Source: Polyangiaceae bacterium (lineage in GTDB: Bacteria > Myxococcota_A > Polyangia > Polyangiales > Polyangiaceae). Taken from it: 64,000 nucleotides of DNA. Below are positions 1 to 8,907 of this stretch, in pieces. Where the stretch lies: contig JAPSGB010000001.1 in the NCBI GenBank assembly GCA_035063585.1, positions 32,001 through 96,000 of the forward strand, given 5' to 3'. The notes under the pieces are model-generated. The model saw nothing but the letters and a program-made list of their open reading frames with translations, had not been told where the DNA came from and did not search any database. Positions within the stretch are counted from its first letter, which is position 1; the number at the start of each line of letters is the position of its first letter. The position numbers were made by a program, and so were the translations under genes.

Positions 1-74
1 CGGAACCATCAGGACAAGACCCGGTAATGACGTAGCTTTTTCGGTGGTTCACGCACCTGAGCTATGGTCGCCGC

Positions 75-2333
75 GTGCCGGAATCGACGCGCTCTCCGCT
101 GGTCGACGCGCCGCTCTCTTCACGTACCGGCGGCGCCGCTCCAAAACCGAACGGTGGCGAACTCTACCTGAACCGCGAGCTCTCCTGGCTCGAGTTCAAC
201 GCGCGCGTGCTCGCCGAGGCCGCGTCCGAGCGGGTCCCGCTCTACGAGCGGCTGAAGTTCCTCGCCATCTTCTCGACGAACCTCGACGAGTTCTTCATGG
301 TACGCGTCGCTGGCCTGCAGGCGCAGCGCGACGGCGAGGTCGAGGAGGCGCCGCCCGACGGCATGACGCCCGAGCAGCAGCTCACGGCCATCAGCAAGCG
401 CGCGCGAGAGCTGGTGGCGGAGCAGTATCGAGTGTGGAACGAGCAGATCCTCCCGGCGCTCCGCGCGGCCGAGGTCGCGCTGGTGCGGCCGGAGGAACTG
501 AGCCCCGAGGATCAGAGGGCGCTCGACGAGCATTTTCGTCAGGACATCTTCCCGGTGCTCACGCCGATCGCCATCGATCCGGTGCACCCGTTTCCGCACG
601 TGCGAAATAGGGGGATCAACGTCGGCGTGATCTTCGCCAAGCACGCGCACACCAACGAGCCGTCCTTCGGGGTCGTCCAGGTGCCCACCTCGCTGCCCCG
701 CATCATCCGTGTCCCGCTGGCGGGTATGCGGCGCGCCTACGTGCGGCTCGAGGATCTGATCCTCCGCAACGAGGAGCTCATCTTCCCGCAGGTGACCATC
801 CTCGGGCAGTACGCGTTCCGCGTGACCCGCAACTTCGACATCGAGATCGACGAAGACGAGGCGGAAGATCTGCTGATCTCGCTTCAGGCGGAGCTCCGGC
901 GGCGAGAGCGCGGGCACGCGGTGCGGCTCGAGGTGACCGCCGACGCGCCCGACGACTCGATCCACTGGCTCTGTCACGAGCTCGATCTCGAGCCCGGCCA
1001 TGACGTGTACCGGGTGCCGGGCGCGCTCTCACTCGCGGACATGACCGAGATGTCGTCGCCCGACGACCGCCGCGAGCTCCGCGACGAGACGTACGTGCCG
1101 CAGTATGTGCCGCCGCTCCGCGACTCGGACGACTTCTTCGAGACCATCCGCGAGCGGGACGTGCTCCTCCACCACCCGTACGAGTCCTTCGAGGCGGTGG
1201 TCGATTTCTTGTCGCAGGCCGCCGAGGATCCTCAGGTCCTCGCCATCAAGCAGACGCTCTATCGCACCGGCGGCGAGTCACCGATGGTGCGCGCGCTGCA
1301 GCGCGCCGCGGAGCTCGGCAAGCAGGTGACCACGCTGGTCGAGCTCAAGGCGCGCTTCGACGAGGAGAGCAACATCCGCTGGGCGCGCACCCTCGAGCGG
1401 TCGGGCGTCAACGTGATGTACGGGCTCATGGGCCTGAAGACTCACGCCAAGGTGCTCATGGTGGTGCGAAAGGAGCGCACCGGCCTCAAGCGCTACGTGC
1501 ACCTCGCCACCGGGAACTATAACCAGCAGACGGCGCGGATCTACGAGGACCTCTCGCTCTTTACGGCTCGCGAGGACATCGCGGAGGACGCGACGGCGCT
1601 CTTCAACCTGCTCACCGGCTACAGCGCGCCGCCCCGGTGGAACCGCCTCATCGTCGCGCCGCTCGGGCTCCACGAGGCCATCCTCGGGCTCATCCTGCGC
1701 GAGACGGAGCACGCACGCCAAGGGCGGAAGGCGCGGATCATCGCCAAGATGAACGCGCTCGTCGACGCCGACGTCATTGCGGCGCTCTACGCGGCGTCGC
1801 AGGCCGGCGTCGAGATCGACCTCATCGTGCGCGGGATTTGCTGCCTGCGCCCGGGGGTCGAGGGCAAGAGCACCAACATCCGCGTCCACGCGCTCATCGA
1901 TCGCTTCCTCGAGCACGCGCGCATCTACTATTTCGCCAACGGCGGCAGCGAGGAGGTGTTCTGCTCGAGCGCCGACTGGATGCCGCGGAACTTCAGCCGG
2001 CGCGTGGAGGTCATGTTCCCGATCTTGAACGACGCGCTCGCGCGCCGCGTCATCGACGAGGTGCTCGCCACCATGCTGGCCGACAACGTCAAGAACTGGA
2101 CGCTCCGCGCGGACGGCACCTACGCGCGTGAGACGCCCGCGCCCGGCACGGCGCCCCTCCGCAGCCAGTCGCGCTTCATGGAGCTCGCGCGCGAGCGGGC
2201 GCGCGACGTCGATCCGCGGCTCTCGCTCGCCGGCGGCCAGCTCGCGCCCGCGCCGAGCCCGCGCGCGAAGCTCGAAGCGCCGCGGAAGAAGGGCGGGAAG
2301 AAGGGGCGCCGCAAGCGCCATCTCGACGACTGA
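75..2333 (+). CDS. ppk1: Polyphosphate kinase 1
   Basis: NRELSWLEFNARVL, SNLDEFFMVRVAGL-like, LTPIAIDPVHPFP, HHPYESF, KTHAK, RFLEHARI and SADWMPRN motifs; GTG start. Confidence 0.97.
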   Translation: MPESTRSPLVDAPLSSRTGGAAPKPNGGELYLNRELSWLEFNARVLAEAASERVPLYERLKFLAIFSTNLDEFFMVRVAGLQAQRDGEVEEAPPDGMTPEQQLTAISKRARELVAEQYRVWNEQILPALRAAEVALVRPEELSPEDQRALDEHFRQDIFPVLTPIAIDPVHPFPHVRNRGINVGVIFAKHAHTNEPSFGVVQVPTSLPRIIRVPLAGMRRAYVRLEDLILRNEELIFPQVTILGQYAFRVTRNFDIEIDEDEAEDLLISLQAELRRRERGHAVRLEVTADAPDDSIHWLCHELDLEPGHDVYRVPGALSLADMTEMSSPDDRRELRDETYVPQYVPPLRDSDDFFETIRERDVLLHHPYESFEAVVDFLSQAAEDPQVLAIKQTLYRTGGESPMVRALQRAAELGKQVTTLVELKARFDEESNIRWARTLERSGVNVMYGLMGLKTHAKVLMVVRKERTGLKRYVHLATGNYNQQTARIYEDLSLFTAREDIAEDATALFNLLTGYSAPPRWNRLIVAPLGLHEAILGLILRETEHARQGRKARIIAKMNALVDADVIAALYAASQAGVEIDLIVRGICCLRPGVEGKSTNIRVHALIDRFLEHARIYYFANGGSEEVFCSSADWMPRNFSRRVEVMFPILNDALARRVIDEVLATMLADNVKNWTLRADGTYARETPAPGTAPLRSQSRFMELARERARDVDPRLSLAGGQLAPAPSPRAKLEAPRKKGGKKGRRKRHLDD

Positions 2334-2343
2334 CGCGCCGCGA

Positions 2344-2907
2344 TCAATCCGCCGACGGCGCGAGATCGATGGGGTTCGACGGAGCGCCGCGATGCAGCCC
2401 GCCGTCGCCCACCCAGTAGATGTACCGAGGCGCTGGCGCGTCGTCGAGAAAGACGTCGATGCGCGCGGTCGCGCCCGGCTCGGTGACGAAGGTAAGCCCA
2501 TCGCTGCCGTAAGCGGTGGTCGCGACGAGGCGGACCGCGCCGTCGTCCGTCCAGTCGACCCAGTCGCCGTCGCTCGACTCGAGGCCCTCCGGCGCAAAAT
2601 CCTGCACGCCGTCGCTCGCGTCCACGATGATGTCAAACTGGCAAGAGTACCTGCTCGTCTTCGTGTCGCACGAGGTGAACACGCGCCACGTTCCGCCCGA
2701 CGCGTACTCGACGAACACCCCCGCGCCGGTCCCGAACGAGACCTCGGCGATGGTCGCGTCGGTGTCGATGGTGCTCAGCGGGACGCTCGTAGGCGCGGCG
2801 CCAGCGCTGCCTCCTCCACCCCCGATCGGGTGCGGCTCGACGCCGTAGGTGCACGCGCTGGCGAGGAGGGCGAGCGGGAAGGCGAGCGCGAAGAGCTGAC
2901 GATGCAT
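2344..2907 (-). CDS. Hypothetical lipoprotein (187 aa)
   Basis: C-terminal part of ORF 2344..3678; ATG at 2907 gives MHRQLFALAFPLALLASAC (lipobox) then a beta-rich domain. Confidence 0.75.
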   Translation of the reverse strand: MHRQLFALAFPLALLASACTYGVEPHPIGGGGGSAGAAPTSVPLSTIDTDATIAEVSFGTGAGVFVEYASGGTWRVFTSCDTKTSRYSCQFDIIVDASDGVQDFAPEGLESSDGDWVDWTDDGAVRLVATTAYGSDGLTFVTEPGATARIDVFLDDAPAPRYIYWVGDGGLHRGAPSNPIDLAPSAD

Positions 2908-2923
2908 GGGTGAGACCTCGGGT

Positions 2924-4216
2924 TCAGCGACGATGACCGCCGCGGCTCGAGCCCCGTCCAGCTCCGGAATGCCCGCCGGATGGGTGCGAGTACGTCGGGG
3001 CCGAATACGTAGGGCGCGAGTACGTCGGGGCCGAGTACGAAGGGCGCGAATACGTCGGGGCCGAGTACGAAGGGCGCGAGTACGTCGGGGCCGAGTACGA
3101 AGGGCGCGAGTACGTCGGGGCCGAGTACGAAGGGCGCGAGTACGCCGGCGCGGGACGCGAGTACGCCGGCGCGGGACGCGAGTACGCCGGCGCGGGACGC
3201 GAGTACGTCGGGCGCGAGTACGTCGGGGCGCTCGGCGTCGCGGCCGGCGCGCCGAGCGTGCGGCTCCGCGCGCCAGCGCCCTCGCCGCTGAGCGTCGTCG
3301 GTCGAGCGAGACGCGTCGCGGGCTGCGCCGAACCGAGCGAGCGCGCCGCCGGCCGCGCCGGAGCGGCAGCAGCCGAGCCGGGCGCGCTCCCTCGCGAGAA
3401 GCTCGCCGCGCGCGGGCGCGAAGCGGCCACCGCGCGGGCGTTCGCCGGCGTGCGCTGGCGCGGGACGGCGGACGCGGGGATACGCGCGCGCGCCGGCGTC
3501 GGGCTCGAGCGGCCGTAGCGGCGCGCGTCGTAGCGGCTGGTGTGCCCGGCGATCCGCTGCACCTCGCGGTGATCGTGCACGATGTAGTGGTGGACGTGCG
3601 GCGAGAAGGCGTACGCGCTCGGGCAGAACACGTACGCCGCCGGCACGCCGAACCAGAACGAGACGGCCGCACCGTCATACCAGCCCCAGGTCGGCGGCAT
3701 GGGCGCCCAGCCGACGTAAGCGTAGCCGTCGGTCGGCACGCGCCACACCACCCAGGCGTCCGAGTACTGCCGCCCCGGGATCCACGACCACCCGACCGAG
3801 TCGATCCACACCCAGCGCCCGTAATGGAACACGACCCAGCCGAACGGGTAGTCGCTCACCCACATCCACCCGCCGCTCGGGCCGAGTGCCCAGTGTCCGC
3901 TCGTCACGTATGGTGCGAAATCCGCACCGACGACTGCGGGATCCGGCACCCACACGACGCCGTACGCGGGGTCATTCACCCAGCGCCCGTAGGGCGCGAG
4001 CGGCTGGTTGAAGTCGGTGAGCGCCGACGGATCGTCGTCCGCGACCTCGGCCCCCTCCGCGGGCGCCGCGCCGGCGGATTCGCCGGCGGCAGAGCCCGAA
4101 TCGTCGTCCGTCCACCCTGAGTCATCCGCGCTCTGGGCCCGCGCGACCGCGGGCGCGCCTGCCACGGCGGCGAGCGCGACGAGCGCCGCCGCCCACCTCG
4201 ACCATCGCACCGACAT
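2924..4216 (-). CDS. Secreted DUF6600-like protein with C-terminal YSRP/YSAPT repeat tail
   Basis: Signal peptide ending ARA-Q; LAPYGRW...PYVTSGHW...GWMWVSDYPFGWVVFHYGRW...GWAPMPP pattern; start could be 4216, 4222 or 4228. Confidence 0.8.
   Translation of the reverse strand: MSVRWSRWAAALVALAAVAGAPAVARAQSADDSGWTDDDSGSAAGESAGAAPAEGAEVADDDPSALTDFNQPLAPYGRWVNDPAYGVVWVPDPAVVGADFAPYVTSGHWALGPSGGWMWVSDYPFGWVVFHYGRWVWIDSVGWSWIPGRQYSDAWVVWRVPTDGYAYVGWAPMPPTWGWYDGAAVSFWFGVPAAYVFCPSAYAFSPHVHHYIVHDHREVQRIAGHTSRYDARRYGRSSPTPARARIPASAVPRQRTPANARAVAASRPRAASFSRGSAPGSAAAAPARPAARSLGSAQPATRLARPTTLSGEGAGARSRTLGAPAATPSAPTYSRPTYSRPAPAYSRPAPAYSRPAPAYSRPSYSAPTYSRPSYSAPTYSRPSYSAPTYSRPSYSAPTYSRPTYSAPTYSHPSGGHSGAGRGSSRGGHRR
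2991..3203. repeat. Intragenic tandem repeats: 30-bp unit x5 (2991-3140) then 21-bp unit x3 (3141-3203)
   Basis: Units tacgtcggggccgagtacgaagggcgcgag and tacgccggcgcgggacgcgag read directly; encode YSRPSYSAPT and YSRPAPA on the minus strand. Confidence 0.95.
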
Positions 4217-4365
4217 GTTCATGATCATGCGCTCCACGCTGAGGCTAAGCAACCCGCGTACCGACCCGCGGGCTCTCCCCCCCTCGGCGCGCGCGCCGCC
4301 CCAGTTTCGCGAATTCGCCCAACGATTCCGCTGACCTGGTCGGCCTAGTCGGGCGCGGCAGGTCT

Positions 4366-4392
4366 GGTCGGCCCGGCGCGGAACCCCGCGGG
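4366..4392 (+). repeat. Dispersed motif copy 1 (GGTCGGCCCGGCGCGGAACCCCGCGGG), intergenic upstream of moeA
   Basis: One mismatch to core GGTCCGGCGCGGAA; 4373-4392 identical to 19256-19275. Confidence 0.8.
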
Positions 4393-4487
4393 ACGCGTGA
4401 ACCGCCGGGTGTGGCGCGAGGGCGACAACGGCATAGCCGCGCGGGCTCGCGGCGCGAGCGGGCGCGAAGTCGGGCTAGGCTCGCCCC

Positions 4488-5678
4488 ATGCTCGACCCTG
4501 ACGAAGCTCTCGACCGCGTGCTCGCGGGCGTGGAGCGGCTCGGTACGGAGCGCGTCGCGCTCGACGCCGCCGACGAGCGCTTCCTCGCCGAGACGCTGAT
4601 CGCGAGCGCGCCGCTCCCGCCGACCGACTACAGCGCGATGGACGGCTACGCGGTCGCGCGCGCGGATTTTTCCGGCGACGGCCCATGGACGCTGCCGGTG
4701 CACGGCGAGAGCCAGACCGGGCACGAGCCCCCGCGGCTCGAGCCCGGGCGGACGTGCCGGATCTTCACCGGCGCGACGCTACCGCCCGGCGCCGACGCGG
4801 TCGTGATGCAGGAAGAGGTCGAGCGCGACGGCGAGCGCGCGCGCTTCACGGCGCGTCCCGAGCCGGGCGCGCACGTCCGGCGCGCGGGCGAAGATCTCGC
4901 GGCCGGCGCGGTCGCGCTCGGGGCCGGGGTGCGGCTCGGCCCGGCGCAGCTCGCGCTCGCCGCCGCGCTCGATCGCGCCGAGGTCGAGGTGGCGCGACGC
5001 CCGCGCGCGGTCGTGGTGTGCACCGGCGACGAGCTCCGCGCGCCGGGCAGCGCACCGCGCCCCGGCAGCATCCCCGAGTCGAACGGGTTCGCGATCGCCG
5101 CGCTCGCGCGGCGCGCGGGCGCCGAGGCGCGTGTCGCGCCGCTGGTCGGCGACGACGCGGCGGCGACGCGGGCGGCCCTCGAGCGCGCGCTCGAGGACGC
5201 CGACCTGCTCGTCACCATCGGCGGCGTGAGCGTCGGCGAGCACGATCTCGTGCGCCCCGCGCTCGAGGCGGCGGGCGCCTCGCTCGACTTCTGGAAGGTC
5301 GCCATTCGCCCGGGAAAGCCGCTCGCGTTCGGGCGCTCGAGCCGCGCGCTGGTGCTCGGCCTGCCGGGCAACCCAGTGAGCGCGCAGGTGACCTTCACGC
5401 TGTTCGGCGTGCCGCTGCTCCACGCGCTGCAGGGCGCGACCCGCGCGCGCACCGAGACTCGCCTGGCGCGGCTCACCGCCCCGCTCCGACAGCGGCCCGG
5501 GCGACGCGGGTACTATCGCGCGCGGCTCGAGGGTGAGCACGCGACGCCGCTCTCCAACCAGGCGTCGGGCGCGGTCACCGGCATGGCCTGGGCGAACGCG
5601 CTCGTCGTGGTGCCGGCGGACTCGGACGGTTACGCCGAGGATGAGCTCGTGCCGGTCATCCCGCTCGGAGAGCGGTGA
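4488..5678 (+). CDS. moeA: Molybdopterin molybdenumtransferase MoeA
   Basis: SAMDGYAV, RIFTGA, DAVVMQE, TGDEL, GGVSVG, RPGKP and LPGNPVS motifs. Confidence 0.96.
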   Translation: MLDPDEALDRVLAGVERLGTERVALDAADERFLAETLIASAPLPPTDYSAMDGYAVARADFSGDGPWTLPVHGESQTGHEPPRLEPGRTCRIFTGATLPPGADAVVMQEEVERDGERARFTARPEPGAHVRRAGEDLAAGAVALGAGVRLGPAQLALAAALDRAEVEVARRPRAVVVCTGDELRAPGSAPRPGSIPESNGFAIAALARRAGAEARVAPLVGDDAAATRAALERALEDADLLVTIGGVSVGEHDLVRPALEAAGASLDFWKVAIRPGKPLAFGRSSRALVLGLPGNPVSAQVTFTLFGVPLLHALQGATRARTETRLARLTAPLRQRPGRRGYYRARLEGEHATPLSNQASGAVTGMAWANALVVVPADSDGYAEDELVPVIPLGER

Positions 5679-6235
5679 TCGTCGGGATCTTCGTGGGCGG
5701 CCGCTCGAGCCGCATGGGAGGCGCGCCGAAGGGGCTCTTGCCGGCTCCGGACGGCGCCGGCAGCTTGGTGGAGCGGCTCGCGCGGGTCGCGCACCAGGCG
5801 GTGCCGTTCGCGCGCGTGCTGCTCGTCGGCGAGGCCGCGCCGTACGCGCACCTCGGGCTGCCGACGCTCGCCGACGCGGTCACCGGCGCGGGACCGATCG
5901 GCGGGCTGCTCGCGCTCCTCGAGGCGGGCGAGCAGCGCATCATCGCCCTCTCGTGCGATTTGCCCTACCTCGAGCCCGCGCTCGTCGAGCGGCTCCTGCA
6001 TCACGCGCCCGAGCGCGCCGCCGTCGCGCCGCGCATCGACGGGCGGTGGGAGCCGCTCTGCGCGCGCTACGACGCCGCCGAGTCGAGCGCGGCGGTGCGC
6101 GCGACGCTCGCCGCCTCGGAGCGCTCGCTGCAGCGCGTCTTTGCGCGGCTCGGCGAGCGCGCGGAGGAGCTCCCGCTCGCGCCCGGCGAGCGCGAAGAGC
6201 TCCGCGACTGGGACCGCCCCGAGGACGTGACATGA
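5675..6235 (+). CDS. mobA: Molybdenum cofactor guanylyltransferase MobA
   Basis: GGRSSRMGG.PKGLL, GPIGGL, SCDLPYL and EPLCARY; GTGA overlap with moeA. Confidence 0.9.
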   Translation: MIVGIFVGGRSSRMGGAPKGLLPAPDGAGSLVERLARVAHQAVPFARVLLVGEAAPYAHLGLPTLADAVTGAGPIGGLLALLEAGEQRIIALSCDLPYLEPALVERLLHHAPERAAVAPRIDGRWEPLCARYDAAESSAAVRATLAASERSLQRVFARLGERAEELPLAPGEREELRDWDRPEDVT

Positions 6236-6269
6236 GCGCCGCGACGCGAGCGCGAGGAGCCGAGCCATC

Positions 6270-6842
6270 ATGAACCGACGTTGGGCGCTCATCTCGGGCG
6301 CGAAGGGCACGCGAAAATCCGAGACGGCGACGCGCCTCGCGGAGCTCCTCGGGGCGCGCGGCCTCACGGTGGGCGGGGTCATCCAACAGTCGACGCACGA
6401 GAGCGACGACCGCGTGCTCTACCGCGCGCGGCGGCTCGGCGAGCCGCCGCTCGTCATCCCGCTCGCTCGGCGCGGCTCGCCGCCCGAGGGCGCGCGCCCG
6501 GAGGCAGCGTGCACCTTCTGCTCGTTCGTATTCGACCGCGACGCGTTCACCGAGGCGGGAGGCTGGATCCGCGAGGCCGCCGCGCACGCTGACGTGGTCG
6601 TCATCGACGAGGTGAGCAAGCTCGAGGTGTCGCGCGGTGGGCACCACGACGCGATCGCGGCGGCGCTCGGGGAGCGCGCCCTGGTCGTGTTGGTCGTCCG
6701 CGCCGATCAGCTGTTCGCCGTGGTCGAGCGGTTCGAGCTCGAGGATGCGGTCGCCACCCTCGAGCTCGGCGACGACGCGGACGTCGAAGGGTTCGCCGAC
6801 GTCGTCGCGGCGGCGGCCCGCGACGAGGCGCGCCCCTCGTGA
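6270..6842 (+). CDS. DUF2478/THEP1-like NTPase
   Basis: Degenerate P-loop GAKGTRKS, VGGVIQ, Walker-B-like VVVIDEVSKLE..GGGH; contains CTFC. Confidence 0.7.
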   Translation: MNRRWALISGAKGTRKSETATRLAELLGARGLTVGGVIQQSTHESDDRVLYRARRLGEPPLVIPLARRGSPPEGARPEAACTFCSFVFDRDAFTEAGGWIREAAAHADVVVIDEVSKLEVSRGGHHDAIAAALGERALVVLVVRADQLFAVVERFELEDAVATLELGDDADVEGFADVVAAAARDEARPS

Positions 6843-7663
6843 ACACGCGCACGAGCGCGGGCGGCGTCGACTGGCGCGCGCGGTGGCGAGAGATGTTTTC
6901 GGCCGCGGCCGGCGAGGCGGCGCCGCGCGCAGACGACCCGTGGCGCCACCGCGCCGCGCGTTTCGATCGCCTGGGCCGCGAGCGAGCGAACGCCGCGCTC
7001 GAGCACCTCGGGGCGGAGCTCCGCCCGACCGACGTGCTCGCGGATCTCGGCGCGGGCACCTGCCGCCACGCGGTCCCGCTCGCCCGCCGCGCGGCGCGGG
7101 TCATCGCGGTCGAGCCGTCGGCAGCGATGCGCGCGCTCCTCGAGGCGCGGCTGCGCGAAGAGCGCGCAAACGTGAGCGTGGTGGCGGCGAGCTTCCCGTG
7201 CCCGCTCGAGCCGGTCGACGTCGTCTACTCGTGCCACGTGCTCTACGCGATCGCCGAGGCTGCCGAGTTCCTCGACGCGATGACCCGCGCGGCGCGGCGA
7301 ACCTGTCGGCTGGTGCTCGGCCTGCGCGCGCCGAGCGAGCGCATCGCGCCGCTCTGGCAGGCCGTCCACGGCACTCCTCGACCGCCGCGGCCGGCGGCGC
7401 TCGAGGCCTTCGCGCTCCTCCACCAGCTCGGCCACGAGGCGAGCCTTCGCGTCATCCCGGGCGCGATGGAGCCGATGACCTTCAGTCGCTCGCGCGACGA
7501 TCTCGACGAGCTCTGCCACCGCCTGCACCTCGCGCCGGGCCCCGACGAGCGCGCGCGCGTCGAGGCCGCGCTCGACGCCACGTTTCCGTCCGCTTCCCGG
7601 GAGGGCTGGCGCGCCGGCGAGAGCGCGTCGAGCGCGCTCATCGAGTGGCCCGGGCGCGGGTGA
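6839..7663 (+). CDS. Class I SAM-dependent methyltransferase
   Basis: VLADLGAGTC motif I, VIAVEPSAAM, DVVYSCHVLY; GTGA overlap with upstream gene. Confidence 0.85.
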   Translation: MNTRTSAGGVDWRARWREMFSAAAGEAAPRADDPWRHRAARFDRLGRERANAALEHLGAELRPTDVLADLGAGTCRHAVPLARRAARVIAVEPSAAMRALLEARLREERANVSVVAASFPCPLEPVDVVYSCHVLYAIAEAAEFLDAMTRAARRTCRLVLGLRAPSERIAPLWQAVHGTPRPPRPAALEAFALLHQLGHEASLRVIPGAMEPMTFSRSRDDLDELCHRLHLAPGPDERARVEAALDATFPSASREGWRAGESASSALIEWPGRG

Positions 7664-7856
7664 GCGCCTCCGAGGAATTTTCACGGAGGACGCGCGGTAC
7701 TAGTAGCGCTCGGGACCACGAGTCTCGGCAGACTCCTCCGCGTCGCCCTGGATTCGACCCGAGCGCGCGCACCTCGAGCACGCCCCATGATCGGCCGAAC
7801 GGAGTGCGAAACGCTCGCGCTGCCCTTCGGCCAGAAGAGCCTATACTCCGATCGTC

Positions 7857-8714
7857 ATGAGCTTCATATCCGCCCTTCGCGTCGTCCTCATCTCGTGCTC
7901 GACGGCCGTCCTCGCTGGGGCGTGCGGCGGTTCAGGGGAGCGTGAGGGCTCAGACTTCATCAACGCCTACGCGAGGGCGTGGTGCGAGCGAACGACTCCG
8001 TGCTGCGACGCGCAAGGCGTGACGAACGACGTCGCACGGTGCGCGCGGACGATGTCCGAGCTCTTGAGCTTCGCCACGGGCGCCTACCACGCCGACAAGG
8101 CGACCGAGTGCCTGGAAGGCATGAAGACCTGGGACTGCAGGACGGCCGCGCCGTCAGTGTGCGGTTCCGTCTTCAAGGCCGCTGACCCTCGACCGCTTGG
8201 GGGGCCCTGCAAGATGTCGACGGACTGTGTCGACTCCGACGAAGGGCGGGTTACCTGTGCGTTCGGAGCGGATGACTCGACCGGGACGTGTAAGGTGAAG
8301 GCGCGCCCCGCGGCCGGCCAGCCCTGCGGCGCCGGTGCCACGACCGAGACGCACATGTACGACTGCACCGCGGACCCGGGGCTCTACTGCGACTATGCGA
8401 CGGACGCGTGCAAGCCATACGCGACGCTCGGAGAGCCCTGCGATACGACGGAGTGCAACCAAGACTCCTTCTGCGACGACACGACGCTCCGCTGCGAGGC
8501 GCTCACACCCGTCGGCGGCGACTGCGTGGACAGCTCTCGGTGCATCGATGGGGGCCGGTGCGACGACGCGACCGGGAAGTGCGTGGCCCGGCGCGCAGTC
8601 GGAGACCCCTGCGAGGAGCCCGACGACTGCGCGAGCGACGCTTGCGACACCATCAACCACGTGTGCGTATCGCTCACCGGCCCGGGCGCCGGCTCGTGCC
8701 TGAGCGCGCCGTAG
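7857..8714 (+). CDS. Cys-rich lipoprotein (myxobacterial disulfide-repeat type)
   Basis: Lipobox LAGAC; many Cys in G.PC...C...C repeats; TATACT just upstream. Confidence 0.8.
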   Translation: MSFISALRVVLISCSTAVLAGACGGSGEREGSDFINAYARAWCERTTPCCDAQGVTNDVARCARTMSELLSFATGAYHADKATECLEGMKTWDCRTAAPSVCGSVFKAADPRPLGGPCKMSTDCVDSDEGRVTCAFGADDSTGTCKVKARPAAGQPCGAGATTETHMYDCTADPGLYCDYATDACKPYATLGEPCDTTECNQDSFCDDTTLRCEALTPVGGDCVDSSRCIDGGRCDDATGKCVARRAVGDPCEEPDDCASDACDTINHVCVSLTGPGAGSCLSAP

Positions 8715-8907
8715 GTCGTCGCGCCCGACGCCGAGGGGCTTTCAGGGGGCCGCGCGCGGGCTCCGCCGATACCGCGCCGGGCCGGTAAAACCACGAGGCT
8801 CACCCCTCCGGGCGCTTGGCGTTCGATCAAGTTCGGTGCGCGGCTTCCGGTGACGGTCGGGCGTCCCTATGCTCCGGGTCGACACGGTGACCCGGAGAGG
8901 GAGCTCG

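Noticed and set aside
2991..3203. Possible CRISPR array
   Set aside because: Repeats are head-to-tail with no unique spacers, are in frame within a CDS, and no cas genes are present
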